A DNA stretch of 46,889 nucleotides, taken from contig JAUCBJ010002469.1 in the NCBI GenBank assembly GCA_032718475.1, positions 1 to 46,889 on the forward strand, given 5' to 3'. The notes below the pieces were generated by a model. That model ran no database searches. It was given only the letters and a program-made list of their open reading frames with translations, and had not been told where the DNA came from. Positions within the stretch are counted from its first letter, which is position 1. Each line of letters opens with the position of its first letter. Position numbers and translations under genes: made by a program. Of this stretch, positions 22,280-34,280 are shown piece after piece. This DNA comes from Nemertoderma westbladi. Its lineage: Eukaryota > Animalia > Xenacoelomorpha.

Positions 22280-23484
22280 CCTTCTGTGCTGTTGGAAGTA
22301 GTGGTGCCGCTATCCGTAACACTACTCAGGACAGTAGTCATGATCCATTATTGATTATAAAACTAATACAGTAATAGGTCTAAATTATGTGAAAGGTATA
22401 TCCACATTTTCCACAATCCTGCAATCCAGTTTGGCCTATCAATTATTTCAAATGTATTAGCACAACCGGTAGGCCTACCATTACCGTATTTAAATGGTAG
22501 GCTACACAGTAGGCCTATAGCAGTACCGGTGCCAGTACCGGTACTAAAATACAGAAATATCTGCTTTATACCTACATCTGTACATACAATACAGCAAAAT
22601 AGTGCTATATATACTAATACCGGTACTGATAGCCTGAGAGAACATCAGTAGAGAAACCGGTAGCATGGAACCTAACATTAGACTTTTGGAGGACATAAAA
22701 AATCATAAAAAAAGGACAAAAAAAGGATTTAAACGGACAATAAAAATTATTGCGAAAAATAACTGCAGAAGTAGAAGTTTGAAATTCCCTCCATCATATA
22801 AATTGAAGAAAATGTTGATTTGAAACTCATAATAACAGCATCTATAGATACTGTATTTGACAGATGTATTGTTTGATAAAAAGTAAGTCAAAGTCTCAAA
22901 AATCCATCGGACATACACAAAAGCGAGGCAATTTTTACAATCTTCCTGTATTGATATGGACTCAAAATTTTACCACAGTGAAGACCATATGTGAATCACC
23001 AAAAAACAATCAAAAACTCAATTTTTATTTTTTTTAAATATTTTAGTGGTGTGCTGCCCTAACAGTTTAATCTGCTAATTTATTTGTCTTATAATACCTG
23101 ACAGCCCGTACAAATATGAACACAGCCGAAGCCAGTCTGTGCGGCGTAAACCCACTGGAGGTGGGAGACTGGATTCTATGGCAGAGAGAGATGTAGGCTA
23201 CTTTGTATTATTCGATTGATCTTTACTATATAATCTCTAAAAACTATGTATATTTTAAGTTAAATACTAACAGTTCCTTTCAGGTGCTGCGCTCACACTT
23301 ACACAGATGACACGTTCGTAGGGTCTTCGCGCAGCACTAAGTGAGCAAAGCCTTTATCATATGGGTACCATTAACGAGTTGTCTGCAGTTAGTCAAAAGT
23401 CTTCAATACAATACTCGTCCTCCTCTTGTGCCTAGTTGCGTTCGTTCGTTTTTGACGAAACTTCAGATTCTTTCTAAACTTTGA

Positions 23485-23642
23485 CGAACTACATACATAC
23501 CAAGTTTCGTTTAATTTCATAAAGGAATAACCGAGTTATTAGCGATCAAAAATTTATGACGACAGACGACGACGACAACAGACAACTCGCCAACGGCACC
23601 CATATGCTAAAGCTTCGCTCACTTCGTGGCTCGCCCCTCAAT
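23485..23642 (+). mobile_element. Helentron/HINE-like non-autonomous element end
   Basis: CATACCAAGTTTCG...GAGTTATTAGC, then a (GAC)n/GACAGAC microsatellite, then GCTTCGCTCACTTCGTGGCTCGCC. This layout resembles DINE-1-like elements. Confidence 0.45.
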
Positions 23643-23754
23643 AGTATTGAAACACACCAATTTGCTGACTGTCACTAATTTTACTCGCATATAAGGAAAA
23701 ACTTAACTCATGTACGTTGGGGACTATGAAACAGCATAAACTCATACAAACCAC

Positions 23755-25992
23755 TGTTATTTGAGCTATTCAATTGGGAATAGTACTCCCCTCCGCTTAC
23801 CTCAATAAATCATGAAAACCAAGAGATCTACCGGTTATTCGTAAGTATTCTCCAACTATTAGCATTAATCATTAGGTTACAAATCACAATATATTATAAC
23901 AGCATAAAACAGTATAAAAGATTCGGTGCGGCAATATCAGCAGTCAGACATCAGTAAGTCAGGATATGTTGCAATATGAGAATGTCAAGTATGAATTGTA
24001 TGTAAACGTAAATAATGTAAGTTAATGCAAGTGGAAAGAGTATGTTAAGTATGTAATGATAATAGATTTGCGTTCGGTGATTTATCTGGCCGCTGATGTT
24101 TCTGAGCGAAAGTCAGGAAGTGTATATAAACTCACTGAAGGAGTTGCAGCAATGTCCTTGCATGAAGTAATCAACAAGGCATGAATCACCATCGAATGTC
24201 ATAGAATCCATTGAATCAGGCAGAACTCCAATCAGGGAATCAGTAACCATGCCATCCATCCGTATCCAGGGGATTCGGTAATTCAGTCTATGGCGTGGCG
24301 TAGAGTGGAAAGTATACTGATTGGATGGTAAATAATGCAGAGACAGGGGGACAAAGATAAATACTGTCCCAAGGTTGGTGATTTCTAAATCTAAGCAGCT
24401 GTTTCCTCTAAGAGTGTATGAAAAGGTTCTATTGGTGCCTACTTAGAATAAACGCTGGATGGAGTGAGTTTATGTCATAAAATATAAAAATTCTTATTAA
24501 GGGGTTTTAAGGTTTAGAGTAACCAGCGCATTGTGTCAAAAGGGGGACATTATGGCCGGAAAAACTTTAACCCTATCACCACTGGGGCGGGGGGGGGGGG
24601 GGGGGGGGGAATCGGTCCCTTCTTAGATTTTAATTTCTATATCTCTGCAACCACATTATGTACCAGCCCAATTTTTTACGAGAATTAGTCAAATTAAATG
24701 GCGCATCTTTTTCAGAAAACGGCGTTGCAATTAGATTTCAACTTTTCGATGTGGGTGCCACCTCAAAATTTGGTCACCTGCAGAAATTGTTTTGAAATTT
24801 TCGAACTTTATAAGGTCATTTGTGAGGTAGTAATTCTTTTTTTTATTGATTCTAATTCGTATGGATCACTCTACTACTCTATATCTGTATGTAAGGGAAG
24901 TGGTACGTCATTTTTGGTGCACTAAAATTAAGGCGTGCACTTCAAATTTTCAAAATTTCAATATTTATCTAATACTCCGAAAAGTTTTGATTTCACCGCA
25001 TTTTTAATGGGTTTTCTGGCCCTCCTAATCGATTGAAAGTAATATAGAAGACTCAATTCTTAGAGGTACATCATTTTTGGTGCACCAAATTTAGGGCGTG
25101 GCAAGTTTTGCATTAAAATTTTCAAAATTACGATATTGAGAAAATACCACAAGGTTTTCATTTCAACCCATTTTTATAGGTTATCTGGACCGCTGAATCG
25201 ATTGAAAGTAATCTTGAAGCTTCAAGTCTTAGTGGTACGTCAGTATTGGTACACCAGAATTAGGGCGTGGTACTTTTTCAAAATTTGAATAAGTGCTACT
25301 CCCTAATTTTGGTGCACCAAAAATGCCGAACCACTAACTCTTCAGGCTTTTATAATACTTTCATTTGATTCAGCGGTCCAGAAAACCTATAAATGTGCGT
25401 TGAAATCTAAACTTTTGTTTATTTTCCGAATCTCTTGTATTTTTCAATATTTGAAGTGCCACACCCTAATTTTGGTGCTCCAAAAAAGACGATCCACCAA
25501 GTCTTCAGGCTTCGATAATATTTTCAATCGATTCAGCGGTTCAGAAAACCTATAAAACGAGTAAAATCAAAAGATGGGGGTATTTTCTGAATATCGTATT
25601 TTTCAAAATTTGAAGTGCCACGCCCATTTCTTAGGTGAACGAAAAATAGCATCCAGTTTAATTTCCGGAAAAATGGAATATAATCACATTCGATCCAGCG
25701 TAGTAAAAAACCTACTAATGCTAGCCAATAATGCCACACTATCAGTTTTTAGAATATCGAAAAAATGTATATTTTGTCCTGGGACTACTTCTATTTTTCA
25801 TAAAAATTATTATACCCACCTTAAGAAATTTTCATTTTTTTGGATCCGAAAATGTTCTTCGATAATTTTTTCACCTAAAACCCAAATATTGTAGGATTGT
25901 ATTGTATGATTACAAAAATACAACGGAGGGCGAAACGATCCCTTGCCAGTGGTGCTAATGGTCTAAACACCAAGGTGGTAATAGGGTTAACA
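23755..25992 (-). repeat. 3' LTR of divergent minus-strand BEL/Pao copy E, interrupted by a TTAA MITE
   Basis: Removing 24571-25986 gives, on the minus strand, a purine-rich tract GGGAGCGG followed by TGTTAAAG...(~820 bp)...GAGTACTATTCCCAATTGAATAGCTCAAATAACA, with TGTTA/TAACA ends and a terminal hairpin. No partner LTR is in the window. Confidence 0.6.
24571..25986. mobile_element. piggyBac-like MITE with internal foldback repeats
   Basis: TTAA|CCCTATCACCAC...GTGGTAATAGGG|TTAA. About three direct internal units (TTTTTGGTGCAC...GGCGTG) are mirrored by inverted units around ~25290. Confidence 0.85.
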
Positions 25993-26072
25993 CCGCTCCC
26001 AGGAAATGGGACTTAAGTCTATAAAATATACATAGAGTCACAATGTCTTAATATAATAACTACTGTAAACAA

Positions 26073-28752
26073 TCAATCCTTCTTTCTAGAACGACTTTTA
26101 CGGAGTTTCTTGAAACTTCGGGTAGTTGTAGTATTTTTCTCCGCAGCACAAGCCACTTTAATAGGAGGGCTATAACTCCTCGGAGAAGGGTGCAATATAA
26201 TTGCAACAGAAGGGTTGGGGTTGCAGTTGGTGTATCCGCCGGTCGAGGTACCTGGTTGGTCAATATCAATAGGAGCTCCACTTCGAGATTATAAGGAACT
26301 TCGATATCACACGTTTATTGGAGGATCGAAGGGCGCACGATCTTTAAACCTATTAGTACCGGGCTATAAAATGTTGTACAAATACCAGGGGGGGGGGGGT
26401 GTCGGATTGACCCCCCCCCCCCCCCCCCCCCTCTAAAATCTACAAATTTTTACGAAAACGTCTGATATTTTGTATGTACGTAGGTATCACTAGTGTGAAT
26501 CCGACGCGAAAACAGAATTTTCGAAAAAATGTACTGGGGTGGTTATATTGCAGCACCAAAATTACAAGTAGTGTACAATTTTCACAAAATTTGAAAGATA
26601 CATTTTACGGCTAATTGTTTTTCAATATAGGTTTTCTGGGACGGAAAATACATTGGAAATATTTAAAAATTATATGATTACTATAAATAGCTGTTTAGTC
26701 CTCTCTGCGTAGGAAAAATATGAAAAAAACAAATATAGTTTTCAAAATATGGTGCTAGCACCACATTTTGCACCCACTTCCGAAAAATACAAGTTTGAGA
26801 TGTCTAGTTTGATAATTATAAATTTTATTGAATTCAGAATAGCCGTAAAACTCTAAAATGCAAGAAATAAATTGTCACAAGCAATTTTATCTATTGAGTG
26901 GATTTCCAAAATTTCGTGCTAGCACCAAAATTTGCACACAGCACCGAAAAATACAAGTTTGATACGGTGCTGGCACAAAAAATTGGCACACGCCGAAAAA
27001 AACAAGTTTGAAATTTCTAAATCATTTATAGGAATTCAATCCAATTGCTAACACCAAAAAACCGGTGTAAATCAAAAATAGAAATGTTACAATTCATATT
27101 TAATGAAATGTAATTATTTTCAAATAACATCTCAAAAAAAAGTGCCAAAAGTAGTGTTAAAAATGGTGCTATAACTCGAAAACTACTCAATATTTTTGAA
27201 AACGGTTTTCACTACTAGGAAGACAATATATTTTTAGGAATAGTCATAAAATTTCAGATTCCCAACTGCGTTTGTTTCAGAATTATAATAAAAAAACCAC
27301 GGGGTTTAATAGGGTTAAAGCTAGTCTCAGTACAGCAGCTTGGACTGGTCATCCTGCTTTAGTCGTCTGCATGACTGCCATCGGTTGGCCGTGAGTCGTA
27401 AGGAATTTTCGGGGTTTCACAGTTCTTTCTTATTCCCGTTCCCTTGCCTTATATTCGTAGGGACGTCGGTGGACTTCCTGCAGCTCGGGGTGTGCATTTA
27501 TAAATTTCTCACCGTATTCCATGTCTTGGCTAATGCAACCAAGTAAATTATATAAGTCCAGATTATTCGGTTTGATATTCTTTAAATATTTTCTCACATA
27601 TTTGGTGGAAATATACTCACCAATGCGTTTTAGTAATTCATAACTGGGAATACGAGTTTTCTGCTCGATTTGGAGAAATAGATAGGGGTGAAATGCTTAC
27701 ACTCCCTCATAGGCGCGTCCAGGATAGTAACGATGTCGCGAGTCGCATTGAAGATCTGCGCTAGCTTCCCAAGCTCATATGTATGGCCACACAATTAACT
27801 CGTCTACGCTTTCCATGTCGGGGCTAAAAGGGGAATCCCAACTAGCGTATCCTTTTAACTGACAATAGTGATATTGCGTCATAAACTGGGGGCAGACAGC
27901 AAAGATGTGCTTATTATTAACATGACAATAAGCACAATATATCCCCATTTGGGGTTGGTCTTTGAAGTAGGAACAGACTTCATCAGAGGTCAACAGGGTA
28001 GTGTGATCGTGAGAGGCGCATATGCGGCAGCGCTTTCGAGAAATGTGGCTGGCGTGTCTATAACCATAGGCAGTAAGACTTTTGCGGTCCTTGATACCAC
28101 TCCAGCGTGTGATCATCGTCACTACTACGAGGGGCTATTGGCTGGATTTCATCCACCTCCATACAGATCGGTTCCTCGTCCGTCTGAATAATTCCTACGG
28201 GAGTAGTTATTCTTTGCCCAGGGTCGACAGTTTGTATTTCCATAACCGAATATCCAAAAATGATTTTAGGTCTCTGCAGAATGGGGGAATGCATATTCCG
28301 TATGCACACATCTTTGAAAATAGCAAATCCGGCACTATCTAATTTCTCAGCAGCTGAATAACACAGGTTGAGTTTTGTCAGGCACGGTTTTTAAACTGAC
28401 TATCAACGTTCCGAAAGGGAGTCAGAAAACGCCTGAAACATTCAAATCGGATGAATTTGATGTGTTCATCTAATTTTGTTTGTTTAGTTCCAAGAATTAA
28501 TGGGTGTGAACGGATGGTTCAACTGCACACACCGGCTAACAATCCGGAAAGTGTGCTATTTTCGAATATGGTATAAAATGGCAAAGGAAGGACAAAGGGG
28601 CACAATCATAAAACTATCAACTGCTCCAGGTGCCGTCAATGGTCCATCGAAATATGAACGTGAATAATGGTCGCCATAAACCTTCTGGTAATTAAGCGGA
28701 TTTCCAAATTTAAAGTTACATCCATACTTTTAATACGCTAAATGTCCGACAG
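26073..28752 (-). pseudogene. Divergent homolog of accessory ORF2 in copy E, interrupted by MITE 26348-27314
   Basis: Manual translation: GHLAY*KYGCNFKFGNPLNYQKVYG; CRICASHDH...C, CAYCHVNNKHIFAVCPQFMTQ(Y)HYCQLKG(Y)ASWD(S); AWEASADLQCDSRHR; basic end FKKLRKSRSRKKD*. These blocks are colinear with ORF2 of copy A. Confidence 0.7.
26348..27314. mobile_element. piggyBac-like MITE
   Basis: TTAA|ACCTATTA...TAATAGGG|TTAA, a subterminal polyG-loop-polyC hairpin, and internal GCTAGCACC/GAAAAATACAAGTTTGA repeats. Confidence 0.8.
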
Positions 28753-29359
28753 TGTAAGCGGAATCAATTCCCTGCACTACCCACCAAAAATGGGCTTAGT
28801 GGCATTTTACAAATTATAGTTGGGAAGGTGACATTACCAATAATAATGTCACCTCATAACCAACTTAGGCGATACACATCGCCAGCCACAGAGAAAGTTG
28901 AGAGGTCAAACCCTCTCAGAGGGGTAAAGGGGCTAGCAGGGGTTAGCACGTGGGGACAGTGGCAACAGGGAGTGGCGAGGTGACAATTAATCAGGTTAGG
29001 CAATGATGGGAGGGGAACACAGATTGGGAGCGATTAGAACGCATCTACTGGCCAGGTCACTCAATACCGTAGCAGTGATTAATATGTGTTAATAATATAT
29101 AACCGTTGCACTTATTGATTCTGATTCAGTTGTTATCTATACAGTTGTGAGACTGGAACAGTTTTTAACCATTGTCATTACCGTGCTATTATATTCTGAC
29201 TGTGTTATTATTACGTTCTGAGATTATAACAAAACTGACAGTAAAAACTCAGTTATTTCCATGGCCTCCGGCCTATTATATATATCCAGACCACAGCTTT
29301 TAGCAGCCTACAAACACCGGTCGGGATCCATACTGCCAACTCTGTTGGATCCCGTCACA
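28753..29359 (+). repeat. 5' LTR of BEL/Pao copy B
   Basis: Runs TGTAAGCGGAATCAATTCC...GGATCCCGTCACA (same terminal motifs as A and C) and is followed by gag. Confidence 0.85.
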
Positions 29360-29421
29360 GTTAAAAACCGTCAACAACTCAACAACCATTTAAATAAACT
29401 GTGACCCCAACCAGCCCCAAC

Positions 29422-30474
29422 ATGAGCAAACACGAGATGCTCCAAGGTCCAGAGTAAGAGACGAGCTTGCCATGAACCCCGAGCGACAGAGACAAAATGA
29501 TTCGTGAAGCAGCGACGAGGCGGTACCAGCCCAAAACACCGGATTTGCCAACAAGGGATGCTCCAGTCATTAAGGAGGAGAGTGGCCGAGTATGAGGAGG
29601 AGAAGAGAACGAGTAAATGCGAGATCAGAGGGCAAACGAGCCGAAGTCGCTGGCCAACCATTGGCCAAAGGCGCCAAATGTTGATCGCGCAAACAAGCAA
29701 ATGAGGTCGAATGAGCAATCACCTACAACAAGGGTACAATGCCACAAGGAATTTGTTGAAGGACACTAGAGAGGGAGGAAAGGTAGACCAGCCCAAGTTG
29801 TACCGGAGGCTAGGTGAGTGCAACAAACATTTTCACTACCTAGTCCGATTTGGGCAGGGGGAACTAGCAAGTGAGAGGGCGAGGGGGTTTGCCACAGAAC
29901 TGTTCAAATTGTGGCTATCTGAGGTGGTGGCGCCTAGTGTGGTGTACATAGGGCCCTATCTAGTAGATGCAAGGGGGATTTAGTTAGTGGGATGGGCAGA
30001 CCAGCAAGACACCAAACCCGAGGTTAACCCCGAAGATTCAGTGTCGTCGGTTAGTAGGAATGCTAGTTCCATTAGTAGGACAAACAGGCAACGGGAGTCC
30101 GTCGCAACCGAAAAGTCCACTACATCCTCCACAAAAGCAAGAAGGGTGTTAGAGATAGATCTGGCGTGTCATCTAGACATTGTCGCGCTGGATCAAAAGG
30201 AACTAGAGAGACAACTGGATGAGGGGACTGCGTTACTAGAAAGGGAAAGGGAGATAGTGAGAGAATGTAAAGATAGAGCCGAGAGGGTGACGAGAAACTG
30301 TAGAGAGCGGGATGAGAGAGAAATGAATGAGTGCAAAGAGCATGAGGAGCGGGAGACAAAAGAGGAAAATGAGCGCAAGGTGCGGGAGGCGAGAGCATTG
30401 AAAGTGAAGCAAACGAGCGTAGAGAGCGGGAGGCGAGGGATGCAGAGTTACCTGATCAGAGTATTAAAAAGGAT

Positions 30475-30506
<32 letters not shown>

Positions 30507-30629
30507 TCTAGTAAACGTATGAGGGATGATATGCATTCGCAGTTGAGGGGGTTAATGCAATATCAGGCAAAGCAGAAATGCCGATTAGAACTGGCAAAAA
30601 TGGGTTTATCAGAGAGAGAGGCTGGTTTG
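29422..30629 (+). pseudogene. Truncated gag 5' region of copy B
   Basis: Homologous to A and C: IREAATRRY, RLGECNKHFHYLVRFGQGE, VVYIGPYLVDARG, VNPEDSVSSV, LDQKELERQLDEG, LMQYQAKQK. Confidence 0.85.
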
Positions 30630-31545
30630 GTGGTGCACCAGTGTTAAAGCCCCCGATGACCCTTGGTCATCCTTCGGTACACATAATGGCTTACCATCTG
30701 CCCTCTGCCAGCCCTGTGTGCAACACGTCTCCTCTAACTAACTATCCTGTCTCCATTGTCTCCCTTCGTCATTGGCTCCTCTTCCTTTGGATTAACCTTC
30801 TTACATCCTCTCTTTTTCCACCTTGTCTTCTTATTCGACCTCCTTAGTATCGGTAAATTCTTTATACCCTCTAAGATTGGCGTCTCTTCCGGACATCTCT
30901 CCAGATACCTTGCCATCCACTCTTCCCCATACCCATACTGATACTTGCCAGGAACGTCTTTGTCCCATCCCATTGCCTCTAGGTCCTGTGCGTCAAACCA
31001 ATTCTCCTCCGCCCACTCCCTTGCTGTTACTTGTCTCCTCTACCAATGGTACTTCTCCAGATTCGTCCTCTACCATTTCCACTATACGTGGATCCAGATC
31101 CATACCCACCCCAACTCCTGATATCCTTTCCCGGGCTGCTTCTCATATGGGACCTTCCTATCTCCCATCCTTGACTTGTGATATCCTTCCTAAACGGTAC
31201 TGGACAGCATGCATCCAGATGTTTTGCATACGCCAAACACTTTGTGTCATTGCCAAAAATGGTTTGTAGCCTCTCGTGGGCTGTCGGACAATCCATGCTG
31301 ACTATAAGAGATACTTTCGGGACAACCGGTTCGGGCATGGAGAAGTCATTGTCGATTGCTCTATATCAATCTTTGTAGGTCGCCTGGCGTTAATGTTGAT
31401 CGACTCTATTATTTTTATGGGTTCAATCATAGCCCTATAGTCGCACCCTGGTGTCATCGCTTCGATTCTACACTGTTCTGTCATTATCTTCATGACCGTG
31501 ATTTTGCTGGAGATCGTGGTTACTGTCATTTTACTTGGCCGCAGT
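30630..31545 (-). pseudogene. Inverted fragment: protease C-terminal region of the same family joined to an unassigned coding-like segment
   Basis: VTTISSK...PGCDYRAMIEPI...ININARRPT, VSLIVSMDCPTAHER and KTSGCM match copy A. The stretch 30630-31180 has no recognisable match. Confidence 0.7.
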
Positions 31546-31549
31546 AGTG

Positions 31550-32552
31550 AGATGGGGAGGCCATTCCTTCTCTTCTTTACTTAGCAAGTCAGAGCCACCT
31601 AGCCAATCTGGCGTATCTGTCAGATCTTTGGGTGTAGCTCCTCTGGAGGCAATGTCGGCTGGATTGATAGTCCCAGGGCAATGTCTTCATTGGTCTACTT
31701 TAGTGTGACTAAGTATAACAGCTACACAGTTAGTAACAAAGCCACTGAACTGGCAGACTTTGTTAGTCAAATATTCTAGAATGAGCAATGCATCTGTCTA
31801 ATAAACAGTTTTCTCCAACGGACATTCTATCTGATTGGTAATATTCCTGCCGATGGTGGTTGCGCATAATGCCGCATTTAACTCCACTCTAGGGACCCAC
31901 TGTTTGTTGTTTATCAAAGCTTTTGAGGCGGTCAATGAAACTTTAATTCCTTCCGGAGTTTTGACCCTCAAATAGGCTACTATACCTATTCCAATATTGC
32001 TGGCATCTCCAAACACGTGGAGTTGATTGGAATAAGTGGGGAGAACGTGACCGAAATATGAGCGGGAAATCTTAAAGTCCTCAATAGGTGGTAAAGAGTC
32101 TTTGCACTTCATCCACTTCTTCAACAGTTCTCCCTTGAGAGGGTCATCCCAAGAGTGGTTTTCGAGCCACATTAGCTGGACTAGACTCCAAGGAACCAGG
32201 ATTACAGGACTAATAAATCCTTACGGATCGAAATACGTGCTCAGAATACTCAGGCAAATCCTCTTAGTTTGAACAGGAATATTGCATTGTTTTAATTGTA
32301 AGAACAAAATATCCCTCTCTGTATCCCACTTCAGTCCGAGGGTTTTAGTTTCCGGGAGGTCTTCTTTAAGGAGGTCGAGATCTTTAGCACCTCGTTCCTT
32401 TTCTGGGATCGCCTCCAGAAACTCACGGGAGTTGCTGGTGAATTTAGTTAATCAGAATCCACTGCATTGAAGACACTCTAGCATTCCCTTGGAAAATTCT
32501 ATAGCTTCTTCCACAGTAGGTAGTGACTTGAGGTTGTCGTCCATGTAGAGTA
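31550..32552 (-). pseudogene. Divergent BEL/Pao RT C-terminus and RNase H fragment, possibly the pol of copy E
   Basis: LYMDDNLKS, TKTLGLKWD, STYFDP*GFISPV, SWDDPL, LHVFGDAS, PRVELNAA, *TDA and RHCPGTINPADIASRG. Confidence 0.85.
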
Positions 32553-33639
32553 CATGTACAACATTACTGAGCGAGAGAAAATACACCAACAAAACGATAT
32601 AAATGTAACTATGTACAGTACAATTTATTATAAAACAAAATTAAACTACGTACAACTTTACCGAGAGTGTGACAATACTCCGACTCAACGAAAAAGATTT
32701 AACTATGTTACATCTTGTTTATTTATATGTCAGATACCAAAAAATTCAATGAAAATAATTCTGCGGGTAATATTTAGAAATGCCCAGCGTACAGTAATTT
32801 ATTTGAAAAGCCACAAAATAATTTTACATAAACTGAACCAATACCCACACCTTAATCTGAACCATAAAATGGGCCAAAACAAAACCATACTGGTATCATT
32901 ACCTGCACTGTGACTTAAGATATCTAAAGCATTATTACCCGAATCATAACCATATCTTGAAACAGAACCATAACATGAAACCATAACAACGACTAAACTG
33001 AACCATACCATTACTCTAGGCGTACTGAAACCATTTTACATATACCCTGGTGATATGTAGACTTTTAATAACCACATTGGCAAATTGTTTATATATTTAG
33101 CATCTGACGCATGTCAAAGATTTGATAACAAAATTGGCATTTCATTACATGTTCGTAAATTTTACAAATTAAGATAAGTTTTTTGTTGTTTGTGTGTAAA
33201 ATATACTTAGTAGAAATGCAATGAAAATAGAAGCCGGCAAATAAATGTCCTTGTCCCATGTAAATTGTTGAGAAAACCCCCATCATTAAAATTGTCTGAC
33301 CGCATAACACGAACCTTTATCCTAACCTTAACATGAACCACATCAAAACCTTGTCATTATTACTTGTAGGGCGTACCTTGACATTCAACAGTCTGTCATA
33401 CCATACAGCCATACCAATACTTCAATGGAGAAACGTGATTGGTGCAAGTTTTCGGTGCTGCTTCCCAATGGATGTTTACTGGTCACACCTCTTTTCGTTA
33501 CATTAGCTGTTCCCTCCCCCTCGGGGGCTTTACTCTTAATGTCATATCTTGGCCTTGCCTCTTGAGAATGCCTTCATTCGTGAGACGAATACTGCCAGTC
33601 AGTTGGCTGCTGTCAGATGATCACACTACGTGGTTCCCC

Positions 33640-34224
33640 TTTGAGCGGATTTAATTCGGCTTCATTACCCTCATAAAATGGGAAGTGGCAGTTTCAGCAA
33701 TATATCGGAGATATGAGATTATTAGTAACTAATCTCGTATCACAACCAATATTGGGGACAGTACAAACCCCAAAGCCACGAACAAAGGGAGGTTAGAGGT
33801 CAAACCACCTCAGAGGGAAGGCAGCTAGCGGGGGCTAGTAACAGGGGGGGAAACACTCCCGGAGAGTGAAAGGGTGAGAAACAGGTTGTTAGCCAATAGG
33901 GGCGAATGAGAGCATCCACTAGGTAAAGGGCCACAGTAATTTAGCTGTATAGTAATATTGGTGTGTCGTATATTATCAACTTGCATACCTTTATTAGTTC
34001 AGTTTATCCAGTTACCGGTTTCAGTGCAGACGGGCATCATTGTTTTACCATCACCATTACTGTCACTATCACTGTCATATTGGTTTACAATATTATCTGT
34101 CATCAATAACTCTTGTACTATTATACATAATGTCGAAGGACAACATCAATCTTGAACTTTTCCATCACACCGGTGACGCGTACGAAACAAACTTACCCGG
34201 TCGGGATCTACCGATCCCGTCACA
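33640..34224 (+). repeat. 5' LTR of copy C
   Basis: Direct repeat of 43002-43591; starts TT instead of TG and ends GATCCCGTCACA. Confidence 0.93.
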
Positions 34225-34280
34225 GTAAAACAATCACCAACTATCGCTGAAACTGGGACTGCAGACGAGTAAGTAGAAAG

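Larger units (their letters stand above)
18644..23060 (-). mobile_element. Decayed Kolobok-type DNA transposon
   Basis: TIRs AGGGCAGCACACCGCTA / TAGTGGTGTGCTGCCCT with TTAA-like flanks (imperfect on the right); encloses a transposase pseudogene. Confidence 0.7.

Noticed and set aside
23265-23345. Host exon after TACTAAC...TTCCTTTCAG
   Set aside because: It looks like a 3' splice site, but all three frames hit a stop within about 60 nt and no recognisable protein or partner exons were found.
32553-33639. Short ORFs between the pol remnant and copy C
   Set aside because: AT-rich with no recognisable motifs, so left unannotated.
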